DNA of 64,000 nucleotides, taken from contig NC_092670.1 in assembly GCF_964355755.1 (NCBI RefSeq), positions 29,500,388 through 29,564,387 of the forward strand, given 5' to 3'. The notes beneath the pieces were generated by a model. It worked only from the letters and a program-made list of their open reading frames with translations. It was not told where the DNA came from and searched no databases. The DNA comes from Antedon mediterranea (taxonomy: Eukaryota; Animalia; Echinodermata). The translations under genes and the position numbers were made by a program. Positions 27,201-40,465 of this stretch are shown piece by piece (the stretch's first letter is position 1; each line of letters starts with the position of its first letter).

Positions 27201-30200
27201 TTACGGTCAAATGTACGTAGTTTGAAATTTCTCAATTTAGAAATGTTATTGGGGCTTTTATTTTAATGTATTAATATGATTTGATATATTATACAAATTT
27301 AATATTACAAGAAATATGCCGTAATAAACCTATTAAACGTGAATCATATTGAAATCAGCATGGAAAAAATTAATATGCATGCGCACGATTTCTATTTGCT
27401 GATTGTGGTTATTGATTTATATTTTAAGCCTAATTTGATAATAGTTAACTTAAATATCCATTTAAAAATTAATGTGAAGATGATACTAATATAACATTAT
27501 TAATTCTAATTATATTTTACAAATGAATATTTATTATTTATGTTGTTATTACGATTTCTATAAATATTTATGTTTTGTTCATTATTTATCGTATTGCTTA
27601 ATAATAACAAATTATCTGAACTTTGTTGTAAGTTAGTTTTCATATATTTTAAAGAAGTATTCTATAACTATATAATGGCCTCAGTCTGATGAACGTATGG
27701 ATATAATAGTTTTACTTTATAAAATTATTAACACAATATAAATGATGATGTGAAAGCTAATTATTAGTTTTTATTGTCTATATAACAAATGGCAAACAAA
27801 ACGATCAATAATTTTTATAGGTGTATGTCAAGTAGCAATATTAAACCTTGTTATTCAATAATAACGTTATATTTGAAAGAAACTAATCAATTAAATTACC
27901 TAAAACTGCAAGAAAACAGAACATTAATCATGTTAGTACCTCTGGCAAGTTATGATAACGAGGAAAACATTCAAATGAATAAATAAGCTCCGCAGACTAA
28001 AAGTAACAACCAATTAGCAAAAACTTCAATGAAATCAGGTCTACATCAGACTACCTCTATTTAAAGATTAGTCTAAGCTTGTTTCACACTATACTAGTAG
28101 AACATAACGCAAGAAACTAACCGCAATTCAAGAGGGTTGACGAATGGCAAGTGATAATTCGAATAATCCACCGCTTGTGATTCGTCGAATAATACTGGGA
28201 TGGAATCAAGCATTAGCTGCAATAACATTCGGAACAATTGCAAACTGGTAATTGCTGACAAAAGGTCACTACAACAAGGCCATATACATGGCTGCAGTCG
28301 CGTGCTCAAGTTAGTGTTTACCGACCAACCGACCGAACGACCAACCTACCGACATATGACTAAAAACGTTACTACTACTAATAGAGGACAGGGCATAGCC
28401 GGATACCGACATTTGTATGTATAGGATAGTTGGTCCCAGTGCATGATATTAAGTTACAGATGATTTTTATTTTTTATTCTCACTGGAAGTATCTAGATCA
28501 GGGCTCCGCTGTTATGTTTCAATTAAATATATGATTTGTTATCTCCAGTGAAAAAAATATTTTGTTGTTGAATATGCCGTGATTTCAATTTTCAAAAACA
28601 TGATCGTCAGTCGATGGTTCGGGGTATCGATAAATCTTCGCGCGTCGTGTGTGGAAAACACTTTCTCAGCAAGTTTGCTTCATTAATAATGCATGGCGAA
28701 AGACTTCAAATCAAATCGGACCGCTAATATTTACACATTTTTACGCCATCGTTCATGGTTTCTTGGTTTTTTTTAAGGGGTTCCTGGGACACGCGGACGT
28801 GAGGTGTTGCAACACCATGTCCAGCCACGCGTGAAAATTGAAACAGTTTTTATGCTTCTCAACTTTGCCTAGAACATGATTTGTTGATATCTTAATCTAG
28901 GCTTACACTAAAGACTAACAATAAATTGAATTGTTTTTTTTATAATTATTTTAACTTACACTTTACACTTAAAAGTGTACAAAAAAGGTGAAAAACATCG
29001 TCGCATGTCAGATTTTAACGAATGTTAACGTTGATTTTTCCCCCTCTTTACCCCTTTCCTGTAAAATCGTTGAATCCGGTCAATTCAACAGAGTACTACC
29101 CAACTTCATAATATAGGTTTACTTTAATTGCTACTAATTATTGGTATATACAACATTTGAGAACAACGCACAAAACCACGCGAAATTCATTGGTCGAAGA
29201 GTATCCATGAATCCGTCTTCTATAGTCTATAGAACAGGGCTCAACTTGTGTTTAGTTGCTTTAATACGGACATTCATACGTTAAATGAATATTATCGTAA
29301 AAATAAATAAGTAGTCAATTGAAATATGTAAATGTCTAAAATGTATGATGTCGATTTATCAGCAGTGTAGATTGTCTTAATATAATAATTTCCTAACATT
29401 CTGATTTGAAAAAATATTAATAACATATCAAATATTTTTTGATTATATTTTCATAGAACGTCTCTATTAGAGGGGACACTTCCCCGTGAAACAATCAGGA
29501 GAAATAGTATGTTTTAACACTCAGGCAACCTCCATTCAATAGCCACCCTATGAAGGGACCACTTTGATAATATGGGTACTGTACACATTGTTAAGAATTA
29601 CTGAAATAAATATAAATTTGTATATACAGTATTGTAGTCTTAAAGATGCAAATATGCCACAGTGGGAAACAAATTTTATTCCGTATCACTATGCTCTTTT
29701 TATAGAGATATCTCAATTTGAAACCGAAATATAATCTTTATCTTTGAGATTAAATAACATCGAATTTTAGAATCATGGCGATATCACTATTGATAGCACA
29801 ACAATACAATGATTAGACTTGAAATGACATCTGATACTATATAATAACATTTATTTCAAGTAGACACATTGATCCAACTTCAATCTTGAAGATTTGATTA
29901 GAAAAAATGTGTCTGAAACTACCGCATATTACACGTAATAAATGTACACATCTGATATACCAATACAATTTATTAAGAAATAAATGTAGTATTTAACCTA
30001 TGTAATGTATTATGCTGTTTAATACACGCATATCTTTATTAATATTATTATTTAAAATGATTCTAATGATCGTCGCTATGTAAACAAACAAAATAGAGGG
30101 CGACATTTACTTATATTATTTATTTATTTTAATTGATAATATTTTTAATTTAATAATTACTTTCAAAAGTCTCAGAAGTAATATAATGTTTTATTGATAC

Positions 30201-30279
30201 TACTTATTATTTTCTAGACCCGCTATATATTTTGTACAAATATTTAAAGTATTTTGAAATAAAACTAAAGCAATGAGTG

Positions 30280-30505
30280 ATCGTGTGAGAATTACCTTTT
30301 GACCCGAAACACTCCGGAGTTTGATGTTGGTACCTTTCACACCAAAACACCGGGGTGTCCCCGCAGTTCGCTCTCCGGAGAATGTTCAGCTGTTCAATCC
30401 CGCAGTTTTAAACTCCGGAGTTTCTTGATTTTACCTTTCACACCAAACAGCGGGGCGTCAACTCCGGAGTGTCTCCGGAGTTTTGCTTTTGGTGTGAAAG
30501 CGTCG
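30280..30505. mobile_element. MITE with ACTCCGGAG palindromic repeats
   Basis: Repeated AACTCCGGAGT and inverted CTTTCACACCAAA / TTTGGTGTGAAAG. Confidence 0.6.
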
Positions 30506-31257
30506 TACCAATACCATACAGGCCTACACATACGTTTTAAAATTGCATTGTAAAATATTCTCTCGGATTCATACATATAGTGTGTTATTTTATAATCCAA
30601 CTATAGGACATCAAACTATAACTTGCACCAAAGAAATATTTCGTAAATGAAGAAATACGAGCTATATAAACTTACAGGGTAAGAAATTATCCATTACTTT
30701 AAATCTATACAGGTTTTGGTGATGTGAATAATAAATATGGAGCTTTAGTTTCCACTACAGAGCGTCAGACATTCTACTTGTCTACACAGTTTTCGAGTAA
30801 CAAGGCCATATAAATGGCTGCAGTCGCGTGCTCAAGTGTTTACCGACCAACCGATCGACCGCCCAACCGACCGACTGTAGAGAAGACTAAAAAGGTAATT
30901 CATGAATTCTATTAGTAATACATTTGTGAATTAGTACTATACTGTAATATAAAATCAAAGTTCATTTCTGTATAATTTATTGAAATACGCTGTTCTGATA
31001 TTTTTCTAAATAGCTTTTATATCCACTTCCTAAAATTAATTCAATAATTTTTAAACGATCATTATAATATGATATGATATGATTTTAAAACAACCTCATC
31101 GGTTGAATACTTTCTTCAATTAGTTCATTTAGGATAGCGACTTAAAGCAACCTATGTTATTACAGCAAGTTAAATCACGTAGAAGTTATTTAATTTGAGT
31201 GTATAACATTGTGTAATAGTATTTTGTTACGTCACACAGGAAGTAAATAAATAATAA

Positions 31258-32623
31258 TCTATATATAAATTATGGTTAATTCTGACATAGGCGAGCACAA
31301 TGCAAACACTTCGGTACAAATCTCCGCCTTGGATACCTACCTTATCTATCTGAGATGTACCGCGAAACGTAGATTTGATAACATTAGTGTTCACATCGAC
31401 GCTATTGTTCCATATTTCTATCTTAGGAAGATATTATGAAGAGTTTTTTAACAAAATTTATGATTTCAACATTAGATTTTCATCTCAATTTCAATTCTTC
31501 GCGGTCAAAGTAATTTCCGGGTTTAAGATAAGTTCACCTTGCAACAACCTGGTTTCAAATATTTTCTCTCTTTTATACACAAGGGAGCAGTTAAAATAAT
31601 AGATTTGACCCTAAAGGTGACTGGAAACAGGCACTTTCCGTCAATCAATACAGTGTCCCTTTGGAAGACGAAAAAAAAATCAGATAGTAGGACTGGAGCT
31701 TAAGTTGGCCATAGTCATAGCCATTTCAGTTTTTTGTTTATTTTAAAACATACCGCGCGCGTGTGTGAAGGTACAGTAGTTAAATAATAGAAATTATACT
31801 GCAAATTAATAAAGATCAAATTAAATATACGCCATAAAGAATCAGAATATATTTTGAGGAATAGTATTACAAAATTACATAGAGAGATTTGATGATAAGA
31901 CATTTTTCGAGTGAAATCTGGATAGCTGAGTTTTATTGAGTAAGCTTGCAGGAATAACTGTAGGCTATCTTCCTGTGTCCTGTTAGGACCGAGATGTCTG
32001 CCCATGTTGCAAGCCGTAATGTCTTCTTTCTTGGGCCCACTCTGTCACGGCAGTTAGTTTCAAAAGATGATTAAATTAAATAATGTATTAATAATTATTA
32101 GGATGGTATTCATTTGAATAAACGCCTCTCCAATAAAACATCACTTTGAATAATAACCCCCCCCCCCCACCCAACTATCTAATAAACGTCCATCCACATA
32201 TTTATAACAACACAATTATACTATTTGTAGTAGAATTTACCGCACTGTTATCTACAATTTACCAAAGCATTTGTTATTCTTTTTACCACTTTTCATATCT
32301 ATTTGAGGATTTCATTTGATTATAAATGTTACCATATTATTATTATTATTAAAACTAACAAATTTAACATATATCCCTCGAATAAGCACCTCCCTCAAAT
32401 GAACTCCGCCTCCCCAAAGGGCCCTACCAAACAATAAAAACTATACTTTAAAATGTTATTAATCATCTAAAACACTGTGAAACAAAGTAGTTTAGTTTTA
32501 CGAATGTCAAGCATTTTCAATAATGGTAACCGACAGAAAACGTATAAGGAGAACATTATCATTCCGAGAACCATCGTCTACACTTCCTAGAGGGGGAGCG
32601 AGCGAAGCGAGCTCCCCCTCTAG
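31258..32623 (+). mobile_element. Non-autonomous Helitron, copy 2
   Basis: A|TC 5' end, 3' hairpin AGGGGGAGC..GCTCCCCCT then CTAG|T. No TSD; inserted into AT. Confidence 0.9.
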
Positions 32624-32689
32624 TATTATCAATTTTTAATCTTCAAGTAGTATCAGAATATGTTTTTTAATCAATGTATGTTACCATCT

Positions 32690-33030
32690 TACGAAGAAGA
32701 GATTTGGGTAATGACAAAAATACTTATGCAACATAAATTTAAAATAATACAAAGGAACATGGACACATTGCACAGAAAAATAGCGGATTAGAGAGCCAAC
32801 AAGTAAAAATAAATAATTGGAGATGGGCAGGACACCTCGCAAGAACGAACGGCAGTGGATTGATAACATAACACAACAGGCATACAAGGAAGACAACAAA
32901 TCAGGTGTAGATATGAGATTGTAGCCTTTTGCCATATCCTGCATAAAATCTGTACATAACAGAAAAGGATAGGTTTATCTTAGAGTGGCCCTCGCTATGT
33001 ATTGGGCTAATAATGACTGAAATGATGCTC
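32690..33030 (+). mobile_element. Degenerate RTE LINE 3' end
   Basis: Encodes the WRWAGHLAR motif at ~32818-32845; ATG/AAT-rich tail. Confidence 0.6.
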
Positions 33031-34865
33031 ATGATATTAGTAATGATCATAATAAATTATTTAATAAAATGTTGTTGACCATTTTCATCTTCATTATCGG
33101 GTAATGTGCGATGAAGGTTATTAATGGTAAATAAGTACGTTATGGAAGTTGTTTGTCATAAATACCACTTATGGCTTTATCTTACATTGGTCTCGATTTT
33201 AATTACTATGATGTATTATTGGCTTGTCTATGCTAACAATCGAGAGTCGTTTTAAAATGTCTTTGTATCAAGCGAATAACACTTGAACTACCTTCGAGTA
33301 ACCTACCGTATTTAATTACTGTAGGCGAATCCTTGGAAAGTAAGCAGAATATTGCAGTGGTTAATAATATAGGGTCATGAATATCCATTATCATTACTAC
33401 TGACAAAGAATATTGACTACATCGGGATTTGGTTTGATAATAATCAATAGAGGGCAGGCTATATCCGGTTCAATTTCAGAAAATAATTTCAGGGCACGAT
33501 TTTGACCACCAGTTTGCAACTCAAGCCAAATTACAGTGATTGTACACCAGCAACACTGGTTGATTCTGACGAGGAGATGCTTAGAGGGTTAGGGTCACGA
33601 AATCAGAGCACTTCATTATTGTAATTATTTATTGAGAGTTTGGTATTTCTAAAATGAAAATTTATATAATACACACTCGGAAATTACTATATAGAACGTA
33701 TATTATTTCGTTTCGTGATTATTTTAGCAATGTGTATTTCTAGATTAAACCACTGTGCTTGCTTAATGCTGCTAACCAATTAACGCCGTGCAAGTATCGA
33801 TTCAATTTTAGTCTTAAAATTGTCAATTCTATCAACACTTTCTATACAAGAACGGTTCTTTGCTAAAAATAAGCATAGTGTGATTGTTTTATTGAGTGAG
33901 AAAGACGTCTTTGTTAACCCAAAATCTATAGGTTAAACAGTGATTCGTTTCAATTTACAACTCTAGCTGTTTAAATACTGTAAACAACATAACTGGTGCG
34001 TCAAACAAATTAATCATGTGTTGTTACAAAGGCTAATGTCATCACATTTCATTAACAGTATTGTAATCATTTAAAAACTGGAAAGTAAGCGTTTCCCAGG
34101 ATTGCTTGCAGCCGCTAAAAGTACAACTAAATTCATAATAGACTATTTATTTAATTAAATAATCCACAATTTACGTGATTAAGGTGGTTAGAAAAAAAAT
34201 GACATTTAAAAGAAAAAAAAAACCAAAAACACGAGTATGTTAAAAACATATGAAGCCAATGTTGACGCAATTTAGTTTAGATTAGATGCTTAAGAAGTTC
34301 TTCAAGTCAAGGTCTAAGTTGTTCATTAGATGTGGACTATTAAAAAAGGAAATTGTTTGACAAAATACCTATTGTGGTGTAATAAACCCCAGTTAATACA
34401 GCGATAGTGCACTTAAATGGTTTTATTTCAGGACCTTGCTGATGTAATCATTAATTATGACATGGATAAAACATAATGCATATAAGTTCAATATTGATTG
34501 TATAAAATAGAATGTACCGTATTTTCAAATAAGTGGATTGTAATAAATTCATATACTGTTGTAAGATACATATACGTATAAAAACTGCTAATATAACCAC
34601 GCCTAATTACAGCGCGTACATTAAAGTTATTAATTAACACGTACACCTATCAGAATTAGGATTCACGTAGTGAATATTGCTGTTTTTTAAAAATGCCTCT
34701 CTATTTACAAAAAAAGATTTTGCTGTGTAATTTGAACTATAAGAAAGTGCTTATGTTCAAACACAAATAAAATCCCAAAAATTATGAAACATAGGGGAAA
34801 CTATAGATCGATAATTATTGGAATATTATGATCAATATAAGTTTTTACCCCGCACCTGGCCTTTA

Positions 34866-36474
34866 AAGCTCAGGTACAGGCATGAATTTTAAATATAAAA
34901 ATATAACATTTGGTTAATTGTACATAAATCAAATATTTGTAACAGAAATCAAGACGAAAAACCATGAATTTCCCCTAATATGGTCAAATACAAAATTTGG
35001 CAAAATTCTTTCAAAAAAACCAGGAAGACTTTTTTTCAGTAGTTAGGTAGTTAACATAAAGTAATAACATGTCTGGTGACTCCCTAGAAGGTGAAAAAAG
35101 ATGGTGGATATACAGTGGATAATTTTTGCTATAGCATGAAAATAACATTCTGAAGTTGAATAAAAATACCAGAAATGTAAAATTCAAGTTATATTACCTA
35201 TATTTAGTCATCTGATAACATTTTTTACCACACCGTTTATTTTTCATAGCTTTTTAAAATGCCTCTCTATTTTCAAAATTTGTGTACAAAAGAATAGAGA
35301 TTTTACTGTGTAATTTGAACTATCCCCCCACTGATATGAAAGTGCTAATTTTCAACAAGCTCCTGTAACACAAATAAAATCCCAAAAATTATGAAACATA
35401 GGAGAAACTATAAATCGATAATTATTGGAATGTATGATCAATAGAAATTTTTTGCCCGCACCAGTGGCCGTATTCACCAATCACACTTAAGTGAGATATT
35501 TCCCTTAAATCCTAAGGATTTCCCTTAAATCAAGAAAATATTAAGGGTTTCACTTAAGTGGTATTCACAAAGGGTTTAAGGTTAAGGGAAACCCTTAACT
35601 TGGTCTATTTTTCCCTTAACTTTTAAGGGACCTCAGAGGTCCCTTAAAAGTTCCCTTAACTCTATTCGTACCTTGGTTTTGCTGACGATTCTGCAAGTGC
35701 GAGTACTATGCCTACTTATAGATGGCCCCAGTCTAGGCTAGGTAGAGATGCTAGGCCCCCTGTTGGTCTGCCCACTAACCAGCCTAGGATTCATGTTTGG
35801 TTTGAGTAGCATCTAGACCTTTTTTTGCTGATCCCCACCCATACAAATTAGTCTATGCCTATATATTGATTTATTTGTTTTGTTTTGACTGCCATTATTT
35901 TTGTGGAAGATGGCTTCCCATTTCGTTGTAATAGAAATTAGCCCCATTCTAGTAGGCTAGGTAGAGATGCTAGGCCCCCTGTTGGTCTGCCCAGTAACCA
36001 GCCTAGGATGCATATGCCTCAATACAGACAGGTTTAGGCCTACACAGAATGTTGGTTTGTTAGTAGCATCTAGGCTAGACCTATTTTTCTTGATCCTCAT
36101 ACAAATTAGTCTAGGTTTAATATTCATTTACTTGTTTTTGTTTTGACTGCCATCGTCACGTCTATACATTTTTCTCTTCATCCTCCCCGTCCCCCCAACC
36201 CCTTACTCTTTTTTTAAATATGCAAATTAGTTTTGGAGAGGAAAGTGATTGGACCATAGGGGAATTAAATCCTCTGTGATTGGACAATGGGACAACTCAT
36301 GAATATTTATGATTATTTTTACCCTTAAATTAAGTGTTTCCCTTAGGTAAGTGAATCCCTTAACTCATTTGTGAATACCCCTTAAGTGTTTCCCTTTGTT
36401 AAGGGAATTCTTAAATTTTAAGGGTAAGTATTTCCCTTAGCCTAAGTGAGATTGGTGAATACGGCCACTGGCCT
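34866..36474. mobile_element. Kolobok-like MITE (TTAA-flanked), preceded by a partial tandem copy at ~34680-34861
   Basis: TTAA|AGCTCAGGTACAGGCA ... TGCCCGCAC[insert]CTGGCCT|TTAA. Sequence at 34686-34865 is repeated at ~35250-35460. Confidence 0.6.
35465..36467. mobile_element. Complete Harbinger-like MITE (~1 kb) with CWG target
   Basis: TIRs TGGCCGTATTCACCAATC.CACTTA / TAAGTGAGATTGGTGAATACGGCCA, flanked by CAG and CTG. Internal CCCTTAA repeats. Confidence 0.85.
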
Positions 36475-37860
36475 TTAAGTCTACCGCTAACTTAAAAATC
36501 AATTGAGGACTAACGTACAGGTAATACAAACTTAACAACTGACGTAAAATTCAGTAACCACTAATGTAATTAAATAATATTGTAAAATCAAAATGTTAGA
36601 TTGATTTGTATTGCACTTTGTGATTTCATTCCATTATATATTATTTTATCCATCCGTCAATGAAATTCAACAACTTTTATTACGGATACACATCTCAAAA
36701 CTGAGATGAATATATCTGGTAAAAAATACACTGTCTTAAAAATTGTAAAATAGATTGGGTTTGATTGATTAAATTCATATGATTTATTATTTATGGTACG
36801 GTATTGCAAAGCATCGTTTCTTAAGAATTTGCCGTTTCATAATAAGAAAATATTGTAAAGTATGAAGTAATTACTATTTAGTTAGATGATATTTCTTGAA
36901 TAAGTTACGATACGCAGTGAAATGATTACAATATTTTGTGTTTTCCTCCAGGCTATAGTATTTTAAATTGTCAAATTTTCTTTTATGCGGTAAAAATCAA
37001 ACAATTGCTTCTTCCCTAAAATATTAAATTATATTTTGTGAGAAAATATATGAAAATATATTACGGGATCTCAAGTGTATGACACATTCCTTTAGAAAAC
37101 ATGAGATGAATATATCTGGTAAAAATGCACTGTCTTAAAAATTGTAAAATATATTGGGTTTGAGTTATTAAAATTAATTTGTTTGCTCTAATTTGCTATT
37201 GCTATAATTGGTAAATAAAGGAAGAATAACAATATGATAATGTACATCATTTCCGTTAAGGGTCATGTAACAACAAAATACGACTTTAACATTCTTTATT
37301 TTTACTAAAACAAAAACTAAATGAATAAATCTTAAGATGTATAGCTGTTTATGGTGTACTCTTTCATTGATTTTGACATCGGCATTACATTTTCTTTCAC
37401 GTTCTTTAAGAGTTTGGGCGGAGAGAGTATAGTGTTTGATATTGACACGAAATCCAGCAGAAGACGATCGATGAAATTTGACATTCAAAACGTATGTTAT
37501 TGCCATAATAAATCTTCGTTTTGAAAATAGCATGTACAATGTGCAGTAAATTGGTATTTAGGACGGCTATAAATGGCCTGCTTTAATCCATTTTGTTTAA
37601 AGAAGGTGTGATTTTTTAATGATAATGTCATTTTACAAGACAAGCATCGGAAAATGTTACCCTATATGTAAACTAGTTATTTTGAAATAAAATTAGTTTG
37701 AACCCCATGCGTCAAACTAAATACAAAATATGTTTTCCTTTCTAGTAAAAAACAGAAAAACAATCTTTTACAAAGAAATGAAGAAATCCCATATCCTAAG
37801 GTGAGCGTGCCTAAAAGAAAAAAAAGTGTAGTATTATCTTATGGTTCCCGCTAAACATAC

Positions 37861-37944
37861 GGACTTTTGCGGTACTGAATGAACATCCGTAAGTATTATC
37901 AAATATTGGCTGTATTTGCAATTCAGCAGGTGTCTTTATATATA
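37861..37944 (-). promoter_or_regulatory. Alternative TATA box / first exon candidate
   Basis: Minus-strand TATATATAAA at 37935-37944 and donor TCC|GTATGT at 37861/37860. Confidence 0.3.
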
Positions 37945-38316
37945 TGTCATAAGTAACAGATCACCGTTTATATGTGTACCTAATACATAAACTGCGTAGG
38001 CACAGAGTGATATTATCAATGTTTGGATTCAGTAATTTAACGCTTAATTAAAATCAAATCACTATTCTGTCAATAATATTATTGATCCATCACCGTAAGT
38101 CATGTACATACCAGCAAAACTGAACCAAGTGAACGATCGATATGTGGTTTAGCGGAAAGCCAATCACACGGAAGGTGTTTATAAGTTGGATGCAAATAGA
38201 ATAAAGGTGGTTGATAAGTAGGCCTACACTAATTACTGTCACCGATCCTATTAGGCTAACACGTGAGCTATGGCAGTAAAAAACTAAGATCATTTCCGGA
38301 TTTGATGATAGCTTAA

Positions 38317-38505
38317 TCATCGTTGTTGATTGAATAGAATGCAAAATAGTACGTGCATTTTAGTGCATCGACCATAACGTGAACTACGGCGATGTTTTTC
38401 ATCAAGCGGGATTCCCCAGATGTGATTTGGTGCAAGTAACAGTTGACCAACGAAAGCGAAAGTTAGGAAGATCCATCGCTTGTGATTGGTCAGTTTCAGT
38501 TTCAT
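38317..38505 (-). CDS. Putative small secreted peptide precursor (62 aa): MKLKLTNHKRWIFLTFAFVGQLLLAPNHIWG-IPLDEKHRR-SSRYGRCTKMHVLFCILFNQQR
   Basis: Basic N-terminus, hydrophobic core, IWG cleavage-like site, short pro-piece ending in RR, then a 2-Cys loop. The region is visibly less AT-rich than its flanks and is not a recognisable repeat. The upstream acceptor is weak (GAG). Confidence 0.4.
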   Translation of the reverse strand: MKLKLTNHKRWIFLTFAFVGQLLLAPNHIWGIPLDEKHRRSSRYGRCTKMHVLFCILFNQQR

Positions 38506-40287
38506 CTTTCACCTCATAAATTAATTGTGTCATTCCCCTCATAAACATTCATTATATGTATAATATTGTATGAGTCAATACAGTAGTAACATTTCTGACA
38601 AATTCGATAGAAACGCGTTAAATGTTTGAACAAATCTGCTAGTTATAATTACGTCACAATTATTAGTGCAGTCGTCAAATTGATAAATTGTTACTACAAC
38701 TTAATTTTCCAAGCAGACACGAATACATCTAATCAAATGGATACTCAACTTTGGAAGCACAAGAGTATGAATAATCGTTAACAATAAACTTTAACCAATG
38801 TAGATTTCAATTTCATATCATTGCGCAATTTATATTAAACAAGGCCATATACATGGCGGCTGCAGTCGCGTGTCCAAGTTGGTGTTTACCGACCAACCGA
38901 CCGAGATTGTGAGCTGTAGAGTCGTGTTGCAAGCACGCGACTAAAAATTGGTTGGTTGTGCAATAAAATTCATGTAAAAAATGGCCGAAAAATGTATTTC
39001 AAATACCTAAGCGACAGTTGTTGAAATGTAAATCCGTGTCATTTATTATATATCAATGTTTGAACAGGTTAATACTAGCAGTGTACACCATACAATGCAT
39101 TTGATGTATATAGTTATGTATAAAAGCACAGTTACATGTGTAAACAAGTTTGTAGTTTTATTTAATATACAATTGGTTTTGTAAATAGAAGATTTAACAA
39201 AAAAGGAATGTTAAGAAGTAGTATCATAACATAACAAAATATGGAATTGTTTAATAACCGGAACTCCTTCTTGTTGTTTTCATGTAAAGGAATGAACTGG
39301 ACAAAACCCGCAACTGGCTTATCTACACCATTAAATAATGAGATGTAGAATTTAATTCGGATCGTAATATCAATGAACTTTTGTTAGTTACACATTGGGG
39401 CTTTATACAGTGATGAAATAAACTAATAACAAACTAATAATAGTATGTCATTTAGGGCATTGACTAAAGCAATTCTCATGAGTAGCATAACGTATGCTCT
39501 AAGATGTTTATTGTTGTCTCGTTAATGAGTTTACTGTACTACAACATAATATAAAGAAATGTTTAGTTGAATTGGGATTCTCAACAATCAACTTATAAAC
39601 ATTTATAGAATACTGTACTTCAGTGTTTGACGTCAACAGCTAGATCAAGCATCATATGTGAGTCGTTGAATAGAACAATTTAATAGCACTTTTATGTCAC
39701 ATCCAACATATTTAGCAATGCCACGTGATACGATATCAGTACAGAAGAATTCAGTACAGTTACTTCATAGTAAAATATCTAACAAAACAAAAGTATATAA
39801 CATAAATAAACGCTAAATTTGATTATCAGAACGATTGAAATACGAATGATTGACTAACCAGATAGAACTTGTGACCTTTGTAAGTAGCATCAATTAACCT
39901 ATACTAGAAATTAAAAAAATCAATTAATACTACTACTACTACTACTAATAATGAAAATTTGTAAAGCGCAACCATCCGTCTAAAAAAAAGACGCTCACTG
40001 CGCTACTGACAACAAAGAACATGAAAAAAGTTACAAATCTTAAAGACTACATACATAACAAATACGCTACAAGTTTTCTGGATAAGACATACTACTAGAA
40101 CAATATTTTGAACTATACATATATTTAACTTACATTTATCTACATACCGATTTAAAATAAACGTATTTATTATTATAAATAAATAAATACATACAAAACC
40201 CGCTTTAAAAAAAATTGGAATTGATTGAAATAAAGTGCTGTGCTATAAACATAGAGTCGGTTGTGCGGAAACTCGCTTAGGATAGGT

Positions 40288-40465
40288 CTGTATCACCCAC
40301 TAACGTAACTAACATCAACCGCTAATATATCAACAAGCAATCACTAATGTAACATTAACCACTAATTAAAAAAAATCACTAACGTAACCATCCATTTACC
40401 ACTAACGTAACAAACTTCATTAACCACTAACGTAACAAAATTTTACCACTAACGTAACAACAGTA
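40288..40465 (+). repeat. (ACCACTAACGTAAC)n repeat-family arm; related arms at 52412-52590 (+) and ~52900-52965 (-)
   Basis: Shared start TGTATCACCCACTAACGTAAC followed by tandem subunits. Confidence 0.65.

Noticed and set aside
28094-28255. Possible minus-strand exon in the first intron
   Set aside because: Splice-like sites exist, but the ORF start derives from a HINE copy and the translation has no recognisable features.
36700-37175. ~70-bp direct repeat about 400 bp apart (possible LTR pair)
   Set aside because: No TG..CA ends, PBS/PPT or TSD; looks like a local duplication.
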